A stretch of DNA of 64,000 bases from Azolla caroliniana (lineage: Eukaryota > Plantae > Polypodiophyta). Below, in pieces: positions 1-11,492 of this stretch. Location of the stretch: contig JBHGNT010000001.1 of NCBI GenBank assembly GCA_043228905.1, positions 36,642,001 to 36,706,000 on the forward strand, read 5' to 3'. Positions within the stretch are counted from its first letter, which is position 1, and each line of letters starts with the position of its first letter. A program made the position numbers and the translations under genes. Under the pieces are notes generated by a model. It had not been told where the DNA came from and searched no databases. It saw only the letters and a program-made list of their open reading frames with translations.

Positions 1-1075
1 AATGGAACCAATGTAATTTCTAGTGTTTTGCTTGAGGTATAGAACAATTAATGCTTCAGATTTTTGTTTTTCTCCCTGGAATAATTGTAACAAGGTTTAA
101 CTATTTTTATAAGACACTGTTGAGAATCACCATTGTAAGCGTGATTTGGGTGCAGAAAATCATTTATTCTGTTTTGGACAGAATATTTTTGCTATCATCA
201 GCAATCCATAAAGCTTTTTGAGGATGGGGGCATTCTTCGTTTTATAAATTCAAGGTGTTTTTGTAAATTACATCATAGTGTATAATGGAATGATTTATTG
301 ATTGAACTGCAGATGCACATTGCAAAGTGCATGTATGCAGCTTTATTAACATTGTCACTTCCATTGAAGATATACTAATGGAATTATTCATGAAAATTTG
401 TTATTATAACATGGTGCCATCCTCTTGATCGATATGGACAAGTTCTAAAAGTTTATCAAGACGCAACGAATACTTTATAGCAAAATAGTATTATTTTTGT
501 ATAACCGCAAAGCATATGGCTATGCCATTAGTCTTGGTATTTGAGTGAAGGTAAAATTAAAGAATTTATCGTTATGGGTACATGATATTTTACTTGTTTC
601 CAAGGTGATCATGTTTCACATATGTTAAGGAAAATAATGTCACATTCTTTAGTTAAAACAACCTTGTAAGTTGTGAGGCTCAATATTTACAATCTAAAAT
701 ATTGGCCTATGGCCAAATGTATACAAGAAACGTGGTTATATTGTAGTTTGTGGAGAACTATCGTATATTAGGTAGAAGAGGTGATGCCCAATGGACTTGA
801 CTTGTGATGGGACAGGGACCCTTTAGAGTTTCCAACTTGTATAAAAGGGCAAAAGCTCTCATGTAAAAGGAGCCTTTGGAACTTCTTCTTTCTTTTTTTT
901 CAAAAGAACATATCCTTCCATTAGTTTTTAGAAAAGTCATAACAACAACATACAAAATATTTTTCCCAACTCATCTTTATAAGATGATGGTTTGAGGAAA
1001 GCAATCTATGTACTCCAAAGTAGAGAAAACTAGTCAACTAATCTGAAAGTTATTCTGTAGCCACATTCCAGCTAC

Positions 1076-1120
1076 TTGCAGTCCCATATATCTTAAATAA
1101 CTTGCATCTCCCAAGTCAAA
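1076..1120 (-). pseudogene. Starch branching enzyme (GH13) C-terminal-region fragment in the retro-mosaic
   Basis: Translates [15 protein letters not shown], resembling the plant SBE motif RRFDLGDAxYLRYxGxQ. It is fused directly after the GDI sequence LMGLFE in ORF 1034..1252. Confidence 0.7.
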
Positions 1121-1305
1121 CTCAAATAGACCCATGAGGGGAGACTTCAATGCTACTACATCTGTTGCAGGAACCTTGTGAATCTTCCCTTTATTAAAAA
1201 CATAGCTCCCATCAACGACTTTAAACATAGGAGGCTTGTCACTGTGGACCACAACTGTGTAAGATTGAGAGATGTTGACTCTCCACCATAATAATCATTC
1301 CTAAT
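1121..1305 (-). pseudogene. Rab GDP-dissociation inhibitor N-terminal processed fragment
   Basis: [18 protein letters not shown], then [35 protein letters not shown]. These are Rab-GDI motifs. No introns; one internal deletion and frameshift. Confidence 0.85.
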
Positions 1306-1439
1306 CATGATCATTGTCCTTGGCAAACCCTATGCAAGACACCAGAAAATCTGGCTGGTCTTAACATATGTAGAAAAAAAAAATTGCAATTTGGCTCTGT
1401 AATGAACTGTATGTCTCCTATAAAGAGAGATGGCAAAAA

Positions 1440-1940
1440 GAAATACTCATCAGCTGCAATAGCTGCACTTACATCCAGAGACAAATCCAAAACCTTTCCA
1501 GTGATAGCTGTATACATTGCCAAAACATCTTCCACAGTGGTCTCAAAATGGGTGGTTGCATCCTAGCTATTGGATATATAGCATTGATCCAATGAAGGTT
1601 CATTGACTGGTACAAATGTATCATAGGTATCGAAGAAAATTTCATCCACGGGTCCCAAAAGACTAATTCATGTCAGATTTCCTGCCTAGCTTTTTCACCT
1701 TGTTTGGAAGATATGATGGATCACCTACAACCTTCTTTGTCCTCGCCGTCTCTCCATCCGATGTGACACCACAAACCTTTCCTTCGTCATCAAATTCTAC
1801 CTTACACTCTGGTTTTGCAAGCATATATGTCCAATCATAAACTGCATTCAGTCGTGCAAAACCTTGTGCTAATTCACCAAGCTCATACAAAGGGTATATA
1901 TACAAGAGCCTCCTCGAAAACGAGCTAATGACTTAGAACA
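1440..1940 (-). pseudogene. Rab-GDI middle and C-terminal processed fragment
   Basis: SLARFRGGS/YIYPLYELGELAQGFARL...KPECKVEFDDEGKVCGVTSDGETA...PSYLPNKV, then LGRKSDM, then LLGPVDEIFFDTYD...DATTHFETTVEDVLAMYTAITGKVLDLSLDVSAA. Contains stops, frameshifts and two internal deletions; no introns. Confidence 0.9.
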
Positions 1941-1991
1941 TTAGCCACATTTCACTGTGACATTTGTAAACAATCTTTATATTACGTATAA

Positions 1992-2137
1992 CCAGTTGGA
2001 TGAGGCAAGCTGCCCTCAAGTTTGGGAATGTGATTTGCAGCATTCAAACAGAAAAGTTCATTTAACCAACCTTCAACAACATCACCTAAAGCATATCTGA
2101 TGGACTCTCCAAGCTCTACTTCTCTGAAAACTCTTCC
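1992..2137 (-). pseudogene. RNA cytidine acetyltransferase NAT10/Kre33 fragment
   Basis: Manual translation gives GRVFREVELGESIRYALGDVVEGWLNELFCLNAANHIPKLEGSLPHPT, matching the NAT10 motif ExIRYAxGDxxExWLNxLLCL. Confidence 0.75.
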
Positions 2138-2324
2138 TGGAATTCAAAAGAAGCCATCATATACTTGCAAAGGAAGTTTTCAGGGGTAGAACATCTTTCT
2201 CTGTAACATCCACATTTGTTTTCCCTAAAACTATACTAATTTGTTAGCACTTTCCTAATCCACAAGCTTAATGCTGGTTATAATAGCCTCCAGATATAAA
2301 CTGTGTTGATTTTATTTAGTAAAA

Positions 2325-2392
2325 GACTCCAGATATGCATCATCTCGGTATAAGGTTCACGCATGACCAATAAAATCAACTGTGTTGTCCTC
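2325..2392 (-). pseudogene. Short Rab-GDI fragment
   Basis: EDNTVDFIGHA*TLYRDDAYL matches GDI DNTVDFIGHALALHRDDxYL, which normally lies just before SLARF-GGSPYIYP. Confidence 0.75.
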
Positions 2393-2404
2393 TAATATCA
2401 ATTG

Positions 2405-3325
2405 TTGGTGTTGTGTCCATTAAGGGCCATAAAGCCATACATATCCTTGTCCATCAGGCTAAATGCAATTGTCTTGTCTCCAACTAAAGCCTGATCATGG
2501 CTTTGAGCATAAACAACACATTTTCTCAGCATGTCTTTTTTCTTAGCAATTCAATCCACTTGTCTGCAACTGCCTTATGCATCCTATAGTCGAAACCAAC
2601 ACCTCCATCTCCAACAGGGAGACTAAAGGTAGGCATTCAACTTACATCTTTTCCAACAGTAATGGCATTTGGCTATAAAGCATAGATCATTTCATTTGTC
2701 AACATGAGGTAATTCAAAGCATCTATATCTGTAGCCATTCCAAAACATTCATTATTATTCCCAGTAAAGGAAACATGTAGTCCATGATGAGTGTACATCA
2801 TTGATGTTACACCATCATAACGAAAACCATCAAATTTGTGCTCCTCAATCCACCATCTTGCATTGGACAACAAGAAGCATAGATCCTCCCATTCGCCATA
2901 ACTAAAAAGCCTAGAGTCCCACATGCAATGGTAACCACATGCAATGGTAACCACATGCACTGGAATGAAAATAATGGGAGTCTGTCCCATCAGTAATGGC
3001 ATTTGGCTATAAAGCATAGATCATTTCATTTGCCAACATGAGGTAATTCAAAGCATCTATATCTGTAGCCATTCCAAAACATTCATTATTATTCCCAGTA
3101 AAGGAAACATGTAGTCCATGATGAGTGTACATCATTGATGTTACACCATCATAATGAAAACCATCAAATTTGTGCTCCTCAATCCACCATCTTGCATTGG
3201 ACAACAAGAAGCATAGATCCTCCCATTCGCCATAACTAAAAAGCCTAGAGTCCCACATGCAATGGTAACCACATGCACTGGAATGAAAATAATGGGAGTC
3301 TGTCCCATCAAACATGTTTAATCCT
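2405..3325 (-). pseudogene. Starch branching enzyme (GH13) processed fragment with an internal tandem duplication
   Basis: [14 protein letters not shown]...WDSRLF...LLSNARWW...FDGF(R/H)[13 protein letters not shown]...[14 protein letters not shown]...[17 protein letters not shown]. Intronless, with stops and deletions. Confidence 0.9.
2657..3310. repeat. Near-identical ~318 bp tandem duplication; the left copy carries an extra 16 bp micro-duplication
   Basis: CAGTAATGGCATTTGGCTATAAAG starts at 2657 and again at 2991. CCACATGCAATGGTAA is doubled only in the left copy. Confidence 0.95.
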
Positions 3326-5877
3326 GGCAGACTAAATGAGCCGATAAGTAATGGCCCCTACACAAAGAAGTTGCATTGTGAAACACCATCCTTCTTCAAC
3401 CTGCACATAGTTAGCTACACCTAAAACATGCTACCAATTGTCTCCACTCATCCTCCCCAGAGAAAGAAAAAACCATTCCCCAAATTTGAAAAGAAAATAA
3501 AACATAATCTATCCTCCTTGGCCTTTGGACCTTTTATCCGCATTCTCTCCCCTTTGCATGAACTATGAGCCACTTTCCTTCATAGAGTTTTTCAATGCTA
3601 TTTAATCGAGGTATATGTGTTTTTATTGAGTAATTATATAATTAACTGAGACACTTTGCATGTTTCTATCTAGTAATTATCTATTTTATTGGAACAAACA
3701 TATTTCTTAATTAGATATGTGCTAATTTTAGTTTAAGTAAGACGCCTTTGAGGATTCCAAACTTCCATGGAGTGGAGAGGTAAGTGCTTTTATGTGTTGA
3801 AGTATGACATGGTCTTTAGCGCTGGGTAGCGACTACACACACTCCCTTAGTTAGCCCACAATGAGGGAGGGAGGCGACCCCTTGGGACTCGATAGTGACT
3901 TAAGAGTGTCAGAAGAGAGCTGGTTTTGATCTTATTAATCTTAGAAATCCTCTTTCACATGTAATTGATTATAGTGCCCAAACAAAGATCGTCCTCCAAA
4001 ATTTCATTATCCGTCAAAAAGATTGTATTCATCATGATTTCTTTCCAAAGAGTCATGGATGTGTTTATCTCTAAAACAAATTCTTATCCTCACAATAAAA
4101 AATCATCTTTCTCCATTACATTACATGTTGATTAATTGATGTAAATTAATCCTTACCAAAATGATTGCATACATTTGTAACCACTCTCGTGGATGCACTT
4201 AATCCAAAAATTAATCATGGTACCTTGTAGGATAGTGATCCCATTATGCATTAATAAAATTTCTTATATGGCTTTGACATAAATGTATCATCTGAGCACT
4301 TTCCATGTCATATGATTCATGGATATTCACTTCATCACCTTTGTATATTGGGCCAAAATGTATTAATGTTGATATGAAATATCACCGGTATCAACAGATG
4401 AATTTATTCTCATTAAGTAACTTTTTCAGGGAAGATTGATCAAATATATCTATACATATGTATTACTAAAGAATAGCAAATAGAAAAGTTTCAATCGTTC
4501 TAATGCTAGTAATTTTATTCTCAGTACGTACCTTTCTCATGAAAACCAAGTATGAAATGTATCAAAGACAAATACATTACATTGTCGCGATTATTCGCCA
4601 ATGGTGTATATAATTGCGTATTTGGCTTTTGACATAGCATACGTGCTTTTTTGTGCGTATATATCAACTAATTTCATTGTATTTCAACTCTAGCGGCAGT
4701 GAAGGAAGCGAACTGTTGAAGGTTTAATTTTAATTTAGCTAAGTTTACCTCATTTTGTGAGCTAGATGTAGTTGCAAGCCTGCTGCAACATCAATTTACT
4801 AGTAACCCTTGTGACAGTTTCTCAAAATGTTACACCAATCCCAATCAATCGTCCAAGATTGTTGAGCAAAAGTGAGTTGAGTTTTGTGGAATCGTAAGAA
4901 CATCCATACAGTCAATATCAGGATGCATATCATTGTGAGAAAAGTATAAACCTCATTGACACCTACCTGTGTTGAAATTTCAGTCTTCGCAGTAAAACAA
5001 ACTCCTTTACATCTGAATTGTCTTTGTGAAATAACGCTACTTCAATCAGATTCAGAATGCCTCCTTTAATTAAAGGTGATTTTTTTACATTTGGATACAT
5101 AGCCATTATTATAGTTGGATGTTCTACATGAGGTGGAATGAAATTTCCCCCCCATGGTTTTTTTTTTATATCAACTAGTGGAAATTTCACAAACTGTCTA
5201 AACCTTGACAATGTACAACATGTATATCAAATACTATTATGCAAAAGGTTAAGAAATTGGTTAAAGTTTGGAGAAGTTGATGATTAAAGAAAACCCCAAT
5301 ATAGAAATGTACCACATGGTCACTTTGTTGTTACCTAGATTTATGGTGACTATGGCCTTCATGTGAGAGTTCGGAAGGCTATGTGCGTTTATGTTCTCCT
5401 TCAACCATCATATGATTCTAATGTAAAAGCACACAAACATTGTGGAAAGAGAAGAGAAGTGATTTGTAGTAAACAAATGTTTACTAAGTTAGATTTCATC
5501 TGAAGTTCCAACTAACTCTTTAATTATGAAACCTTTTTTGAAGCTGTAGTAGGAATGTTGTGTTATGATCCAACATAGACCTTTATACAAACATAGCACA
5601 TGGAACTAACACGAAAAAATATTAAAGAAACTGGGACTCAAAACAAACAAAGTGGAATGGAAAAAGGCCTTCAAAAGGGGAAAGATTTTGTTCTTTATGT
5701 AAAACAATACTTGAGGAAATATATTACATTCACTGTCCATGTGCCAGGGACTTTTGCACTAGGTTCAGATTAAGTCAATCTTAGCAAATGTTGCAAAATA
5801 ACCCTTGCTATTCTTCATAACACTATCTTTTTCATGAAATGCCTTTAGCCCAATGTATTTAACTCATTAGAGTTAAT

Positions 5878-8307
5878 TTATGATTCCTTTTGCAGTCTCA
5901 AAGCTTCAACCTTGTTAGCTTCTTGTTGAAGACCAGCAGCTGCATAGATATTATACATAGAGACATATGCTGCGGCATCCTCTGAATCGAACTGAATTGC
6001 ATTTTCAAAAGCTAGTTTCCCTAGGTTTACATTTCCCCATTCTCTACAAGCATTTAACAGACTGCGCCATAACGTAACATCACCAGAATATGGCATTTCT
6101 TTAATCATCTCTACAACTTTGTCAAAGTGGCCTGCACGACCAAAAAGATCCACCATACAGGTATAATGCTCTAAATTTGGTATGATACCATACACTTTCA
6201 TCATGCTCTCAAAGTATGTTCGACCCTTATCTTCTAGACCTGAATGACAACATGTGTTAAGCACAACAGAGAATGTCGCTTGATCTGGAGATATACCTTC
6301 TTCTATCATTTTGTCAAAAACACTGAAAACAGCATCGTGCTTTCCGACCTGAGCATATCCAGCCATCAAGGCAGTCCAAGAAACGACATTCTTTTCCACA
6401 AGCTTATCAAATATTTCTTGTGCTTTGGTGATAACCCCACATTTTGCATACATATCTACGAGTGCATTTCCAATCAAAATATCATTTTCAACCAAACCCT
6501 CTCTCATGATCTCAGCATGTATTTCTTGGCCTTTGGTGGCCGCACCAATGGTGCCACATGCTTTCAAAACACAAACAAAGGTTACTGGACTTGGCAAAAT
6601 CCCATCAGCTTTCATTCTATTGAAGCATTCCAATGCTTTCTCACCATGCCCTTTTTCAGTATATCCAGCAATCAATACAGTCCATAACACTACATCTCGA
6701 ACTGGCAATTCATCAAACACTTCTCGCGCTTTTGCAAGGGTGCCACATTTTGCATACATATCAACCAATGCACTTCCAATCAAGATGCTCCTTTTCAGCA
6801 GCACCTCATTTATAATCATAGCATGTATTTTTTGTCCCTTCTCCAAAACTCCCAAGGTACCACATGCTTGCAAGATAAAATTATATGTAACCATATTTGG
6901 ACAAACCCCCTCGCATTTCATCTGCTCAAAACATCTCATTACCTCTTTACCATACCCATGTTGACCATACCCTGAGAGAAGCGCAGTCCATGAGATTACA
7001 TCCCGAAATAAAAGTTCATCAAACACCTGTTGTGCTTTCCCAAGAAGACCACATTTTGCATACATGTCAACAAGTGCATTCCCAACTAGAAGACTACTTC
7101 CTATTAACCCTCTTCTTGAAATCTGGGCATGTATTTCTTGACCTTTGTCTGCAGCTCCTATCTGGCTACACGCATTCAATACACAAATAAATGTGACCAG
7201 AGTTGGAGTTACACCATTCCTTTGCATATGTTCGAAACATTTCACTGCTTCTTTGCCATTTCCATATTGTGCATACCCTTTCATAAGGGAATTCCATGAC
7301 ACTACATCTTTGTTTGGAAGTTCATCAAACACTAACTGTGCTTTTGCAACATTTCCACATTTGGCATACATATCCACCAATGCATTACCAACTATAATAT
7401 TTCTCTTCAATAGACCTTGTTTCATGATCTCACTGTGTATTTCTTGGCCCTCATGTGATGCCCCTATTCTCCCACAAGCTTTCAATGCACAAATGAATGT
7501 GATTGCATCTGGAGAAACTCCCTCTAATTGCATCATCTCAAAACAATTCAGTGCTTCTTTACCATTTCCATACTCCACATATCCATCGATGAGTGCAGTC
7601 CATGAAATCACATCTCGTGTGTGAAGTGTATCGAATACTTCTTGTGCTTTTGACAGTGCACCACATTTGATATACATGTTGAGTAATGCGTTTCCAATAA
7701 AAGCATCTTTCTCAATACGAAACCCCTTTTTCACAATGCTCGCATGAATTCTGCATCCTTTTTCAAGGTTCTTTTGCTTGGCACAAATCTTCAATGAAGT
7801 GATAATAGAATTTATATTACTCTTATCAGATTCAAATCTCTGAAGCTTATTACTATTGTTGTTGTTGCGATCATGATTCTGATCCATTCCCAATCTTCTA
7901 TACGGCAATTGACTGATAGCTTTAGATAGTAATTCTTGGTCTTCTGACTGATATTCAGGACTGGTCTGCCATGGATATCAGTGATTGATAGATATATATA
8001 ATGTATGTATGTATGTATGCATGCATGTATGCATGTGCCTATATATGCAGTTATGCATGTATGTATATACATATGTATATATGTATGTGTCCTCGTGTAC
8101 GTAGAGCATCAGAAAAGAAGGTAACGAGATGCGAATGGCATACCTGATGGCGCATTTAGATTTTTTTATTCCAGGATCGGGAGAATTCTGAGCTTTTCTA
8201 TGGCAGCTCCAAGTTCGAGAAATCGTATCTGTGGGCAAATCGCGAGGAATATGCCCTGCTGTGCTTGTGGGAGCCCAGTCAGATCCATGAAGAAGTGCTG
8301 CCTCCAT
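5878..8307 (-). CDS. PLS-class PPR protein ending in E domains, no DYW (exons 8307-8144 and 7960-5878)
   Basis: Regular L-S-P triplets (NALVDMYAKCG, VSWTALI.GY, TFVCVLKAC), then P2-L2-S2-E1-E2. A GT at 8143 and an AG ending at 7961 join the MEAALLHG... leader in frame. Confidence 0.9.
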
Positions 8308-8418
8308 TGTGAGATATTTGCTTCAAGATAATCTCTAAACCAGACAAGCCCTGTTTTTCTGCTATCTGTCCCCTGTTCTAAGTGTCTTAGACTGTATGTA
8401 TGTATGTAAAACATAACG

Positions 8419-8453
<35 letters not shown>

Positions 8454-9755
8454 ATGCATATATTACATGAATATATCAAGGGAAGCATATGTATATCATT
8501 ATTCATATACATGTATATATTGGAAATAGAATAAATCAAAAGTGTAACACCTAACGAAGAGCACCCCCCCCCCCCCAATCCAAGTGCCTTAAACTTGGAC
8601 TGTGGACACTTGTTGAATGAAAAACGATGAACAATTTGGTCTCTCTCTTTCTCATAACTTTGTGTGAAAATAATATGGAAATGATGCTACAATTTACTGG
8701 TGTCATGGCTACATGCATAGTGGGACATACAAAATCCCTAATATGCAAGACAAACAGTCCACTGAGGAAAAAAAATCATGACTTGCCCTGAGAAAATAAA
8801 TTTGTCGACATCTAACTCCATGCCAACAATCAAATGCTAAAGCATTGGACTTATCACAATCCCCAATATCTCAAAAAGAGGAAAACGGTCTCCATCTTTG
8901 ATCTTGAGTTGAGCTATGTAAATTCTACTAATAGCCCCTATCTTGGTGTCAAATAAAAGTTTGAGAAAACATGCGAAATGTGAGAAATGTAATCCAAAAC
9001 CTAATGAGCCAACAAACATTGTACAAAACAATGAGTACTATCTTCCACTTGACCAATAGCAAAAAAGTAATTGTGTATTACTAGTTAAAGTCTCTTTAGA
9101 GATAATCCCCAAAGCTAAACCCTCGATCAATATGCTCCAAATGAAGACCTTCGTTAGAAATGACAATTCAAAACGGCAACTATGTTCCAAGATTTGCCAT
9201 TGTCTATAATTAAGAGTTACATACCTTCCATTCTTGTTTAGCCTTAGATAATAGCCATCGAAGAGACTCAACAGAGCAACGATACAAGTGATTAATAGTC
9301 ACTCGTAAATGCCAACGAACCCATGGTTGTTCTTTCGGTTCCTATCATGTATTACTTGAAAAGGTTATGTGTTATGTCATCCATGTCAAAATGAACTAAA
9401 GAGTTAAAAGGTTTTTCTGTATTTATTACAATACCCCTGAGTTTCCAAAAATAATCGTTATACCTTCATTGCATATCACTGCGCTAAGAGAAGAAGAAGA
9501 GGAAGGGAACGAACCTCACTCAAAAGGCAGCAAAACAGACATGCATGTTGTAAAGAAAGATATTCCTTTTGAGGTAATGTTTAAATGAGTGATGCTCCAA
9601 TACTTAAGCAATATATGAAATGAAGAGCTCTTGGTTGATTTGCAATACGAGATTTGAATAGGATCCTTGTGCCCTTATGGAATTAAGCAAAGAAGCCTTT
9701 GTGACATGGAAAGTGGGGCGTTTTTGAGATAATTTTTACATTACTAATAGTCAAT

Positions 9756-11492
9756 ATGATTGTGAAATGTACTGCATTTGATGAGGTTTCAATTCAAGAT
9801 ATAACCTCATGGAATTCACAAATAGTAGGATATGTACACCATGGACATGGGAAGGAAGCACTAAAGAGTTTTGATATCATGCAACACGAGGGTGTTGCTC
9901 CAAATTCAATTACCTATGCTTGTATCTTGAAGGCTTGTGGAAGCATCAAACTACTCAGAAAGAGACCAGAAATGCATGCTAGGATCATAAAAGAGGGTTT
10001 TCTCAAGAAGAATGTGTTTGTTGGCAATGCTTTGGTGGGCATGTATGTCAAGTGTGGTGAACTCAACAAAGCACAAGAAGTATTTGATGTGCTAACTATC
10101 TGGGATGTAGCCTCGTGGAATACGCTTATTGGAGGATATGCCCAACACGGATATGGTGATGAAGCTCTCGATTATTTCGAACAAATGAAAGCTGGAGGGA
10201 TTTCTCCCAATGCAATTACCTTTGTTTGCATCTTGAAGGCTTGTGGTATCATAGGAGACATTGCAAAAGGTCAAGAAATACATGTAGAGATCGTTAACAA
10301 GGGTTTGTTAGGAGAAGATACCATGGTTGGAAATGCATTGATAGACATGTATGCAAAATGTGGAGTGATTCTGAAAGCTCAAGAAGTATTTGATAAGGTT
10401 CCTTTTCGGGATACAGTGTCATGGAATGCCCTAATTGCAGGATATGTCCAGCATGGGCATATGAAGAAAGCGATTGAGTGTTCAGAAGAGATGGAAAAAA
10501 ATGGATTTTCTCCAAATGTGGTAACATTTGGTTGCCTTTTGAAGATATGTGGCACCATAGGAGCAATTAAGAAGGGCCAAGAAATACATGGTGAAATCAT
10601 AAAAGAAGGTTTACTTGGAAAAGGCATCTTGCTTTGCAATGCTCTAGTGGAAATGTATGCGAAATGTGGTGCACTTTCTGAAGCAAGAGATGTTTTCGAG
10701 CAACTTTCTGTGAAGGATGTAGTCTTAAGGACTGCGTTAATTTCTGGATATGCCCAACATGGGCATGGTGAAGAACCTTTGGCTCTTTATGAAAAGATGC
10801 AAGATGATGGTGTTGCTCCAACTCCTCTTACCTTTGTTTGCATGTTGAAGGCTTGTGGCAACATTGGTACATGTAATAAGGGTCAAGAAATACATGCAAG
10901 GATCGTCACGGAGGGTATGTTGCAAGGAGATATCAGAATTGGCACTGCGTTAGTGGATATGTATGCCAAATGTGGAGAACTTGCTAAAGCACAATACATA
11001 TTTAATGAGCTTGCAGTTCGAGATGTAGTATCATGGAGTGCATTAATTGCAGGGTTTGCTCAACTTGGAAAGGATAGCAAGGCATTATTCAATGCATTAA
11101 ACCAAATGTTAGAAGAAGGTATTGAGCCGAATTCAGCATCTTTTTCTAGCATGCTTAAGATGTGTTGTCACTTTGGTTTACTTGATAAGGGCAAATTGGT
11201 ATTTGAGATAATGATAAAATGGTATGCTATAATTCCTACTGTAGATCATTACACTTGCCTAGTTGACCTTTTTTGTCGTGCCGGACTCTTTGAAAAGGCG
11301 GTGGGCGTAACTGAGAGGATGCCATTTAATGGTGACCTTATAATGTGGCATGCTTTGCTAAGTGCTTGTAGAACATGGGAAAATGTGACAGCTGCAAGAT
11401 TAGCTTTCAAAAATGCAACCCTACTCGATGGAACAGATGTTGCAACTTATATTTCCATGAGTAATATTTATGCAGAGTTCAAGGAACCCTGA
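9756..11492 (+). CDS. PLS-class PPR protein, E-type, ends mid-E2; N-terminus uncertain or truncated
   Basis: 578 aa ORF of P-L-S triplets followed by S2/E1/E2 (HYTCLVDLFCRAG, WHALLSAC, YISMSNIYA). It starts within an S motif. Confidence 0.85.
   Translation: MIVKCTAFDEVSIQDITSWNSQIVGYVHHGHGKEALKSFDIMQHEGVAPNSITYACILKACGSIKLLRKRPEMHARIIKEGFLKKNVFVGNALVGMYVKCGELNKAQEVFDVLTIWDVASWNTLIGGYAQHGYGDEALDYFEQMKAGGISPNAITFVCILKACGIIGDIAKGQEIHVEIVNKGLLGEDTMVGNALIDMYAKCGVILKAQEVFDKVPFRDTVSWNALIAGYVQHGHMKKAIECSEEMEKNGFSPNVVTFGCLLKICGTIGAIKKGQEIHGEIIKEGLLGKGILLCNALVEMYAKCGALSEARDVFEQLSVKDVVLRTALISGYAQHGHGEEPLALYEKMQDDGVAPTPLTFVCMLKACGNIGTCNKGQEIHARIVTEGMLQGDIRIGTALVDMYAKCGELAKAQYIFNELAVRDVVSWSALIAGFAQLGKDSKALFNALNQMLEEGIEPNSASFSSMLKMCCHFGLLDKGKLVFEIMIKWYAIIPTVDHYTCLVDLFCRAGLFEKAVGVTERMPFNGDLIMWHALLSACRTWENVTAARLAFKNATLLDGTDVATYISMSNIYAEFKEP

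Noticed and set aside
1-650. Transposase-like motifs (LKYQD*WH, HTCTLQC) on the minus strand
   Set aside because: Too short and disrupted to assign to a family.
3330-3375. VGAITYR, a possible GNAT fragment at the start of the mosaic
   Set aside because: Seven residues is not enough evidence.
6244-7624. Long antisense ORFs over the PPR genes (also at 10.0-10.9, 20.9-22.3 and 32.7-35.0 kb)
   Set aside because: Shadow frames of repetitive PPR codon usage with no independent motifs.
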